From Octopus vulgaris (Eukaryota): 64,000 nt of DNA. Shown one piece after another: positions 62,322 through 64,000 of this stretch (the first letter of the stretch is position 1; every line of letters begins with the position of its first letter). Below the pieces are notes generated by a model. It did no database searches, had not been told where the DNA came from, and worked only from the letters and a program-made list of their open reading frames with translations. The stretch spans positions 87,978,001-88,042,000 of the forward strand of contig OX597824.1 in the NCBI GenBank assembly GCA_951406725.2, read 5' to 3'. The translations under genes were made by a program, and so were the position numbers.

Positions 62322-62481
62322 TACACACATTTACACACACACAAACACACACACATACACATACACACACACATACACATTCATATAAATACACACACAC
62401 ACCTATACACATGCACAAAAACACACTCACACACACACAAACACACTCACATACACTCACACACACACACAAGCACACTTG

Positions 62482-62521
<40 letters not shown>

Positions 62522-62846
62522 TACACACCTATACACACACACAAACACACACACATACACACATACACATTCATATACATACATAAATACACACACACAC
62601 ACACCTATACACATGCACAAAAGCACACTCACACACATGCAAACACACTCACATACACTCACACACACGTAAGCACACTCACACTCACACACACACACGC
62701 ACACACAAATACACACTTATACGCACGCACAAACACACATACACATACACGTACACACACATACAAATACACACACACACAAATACACACCTATACACGT
62801 GCGCACACACATACACATACACATACACACAAACATACACACACAC
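61720..62846. repeat. (CA)-derived higher-order satellite (~180-bp periodicity in part)
   Basis: AAGCACACTTGCACTCGCAC recurs at 62081, 62271, 62471. Confidence 0.9.
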
Positions 62847-63314
62847 TGAGTGATGAATTGTTCTTATACTGAAGTACATATTTAGAAGCAGGTGGGCCAG
62901 ACCATTTTAGAATAAAGTATTTTGACCTGAAATAAATGCTGTGCTGGTGATACAGACACAGATGGTAACTTGATATAAGGAGAAAGGACGAAAATTAACC
63001 TAGGCAACAGTGGAAAGCTGGAATGTGTTACAATAAACATGATAAAAAATATTGATTTCTCTCTGAGTGTACGAACTGTACAGTCATACAGAAAGATGGA
63101 TTGCCAATTATGACAGGAAGGCTGTTATCATAGGTTTTATTCAAGTACAATTGATATGAGTCTAACAAACAACTACAAGTGTTCTCAGCTTGGAAACAGG
63201 TGAGGGTTGGCAACAGGAAGGGCATCCTGTTGTAGAAAATCTGCCTCAACATATTCCATCTGACCCATGCAGGTATGGAAAAGTGAATGTTAAGTGATGA
63301 TTATGACATCAATA

Positions 63315-63647
<333 letters not shown>

Positions 63648-63769
63648 ATCAGTAGCAGAATGGCACAGGGGCAAGCTGTAGTTACTCTTGTAGCAAAGCC
63701 CCTGCAGTGTTTTGAATCATAGCTCTCAGATTTTCCCAGTCCAGAACAACCTAATGTATCTCCATAAAA

Positions 63770-64000
63770 GGAAGAGTGTAACCATATCAGGTATTAACCC
63801 CAAGTAAATATGATGGTCATTTAAAGACCATCATTGAGAAGAATCCCTGTAAAACCAATCAAGAACTGGCAAAAGAACTTTCTTTAAGTTAGCCAGAAAA
63901 CTGCCTGAAACCATTTGCATGCAATTGGAAAATCAAAAGAGCTCAACAAATGGGTACCACACGATTTGAATAAAAACCTGAAAATGCGCAGATATTAAAT
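63770..64000 (+). pseudogene. Mariner transposase relic running off the window
   Basis: LKTIIEKNPCKTNQELAKEL* then frameshifted HLHAIGKSKELNKWVPHDL (WVPHEL motif). Confidence 0.75.

Noticed and set aside
61670-62872. 400-aa His/Thr ORF
   Set aside because: CA-satellite artefact

Overview
AT-rich, microsatellite- and SINE-dense animal genomic DNA. The repeat families point to an octopus or other coleoid cephalopod (inference). Three protein-coding genes are supported. (1) Thirteen + strand exons (54-23026) of a mitochondrial-type acetyl-CoA synthetase (ACSS1-like), whose 5' end lies outside the window. (2) A - strand SLX4/FANCP-like nuclease scaffold whose whole ~2268-aa CDS is one exon (31213-38019). 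It has three CCHC zinc fingers, MLR, BTB, SAP and, unusually, two SLX1-binding domains. (3) The last coding exon of a stonin/stoned-B gene (- strand, 59725-60026). Non-coding DNA holds at least four SINE families, Helitron- and piggyBac-type MITEs, Tc1/mariner and LINE relics, fold-back palindromes and higher-order satellites. Best leads: the duplicated SBD in an intronless SLX4; an intronic antisense copy of an ACSS1 exon end plus 5' splice site with a single A-C mismatch (possible ADAR editing or splicing element); a V-SINE dimer with inside-out TSDs suggesting circular-DNA integration; several hammerhead-ribozyme motifs; and a candidate spliced uORF upstream of SLX4. All calls were made by eye, without searches or folding software, and repeat boundaries are approximate.
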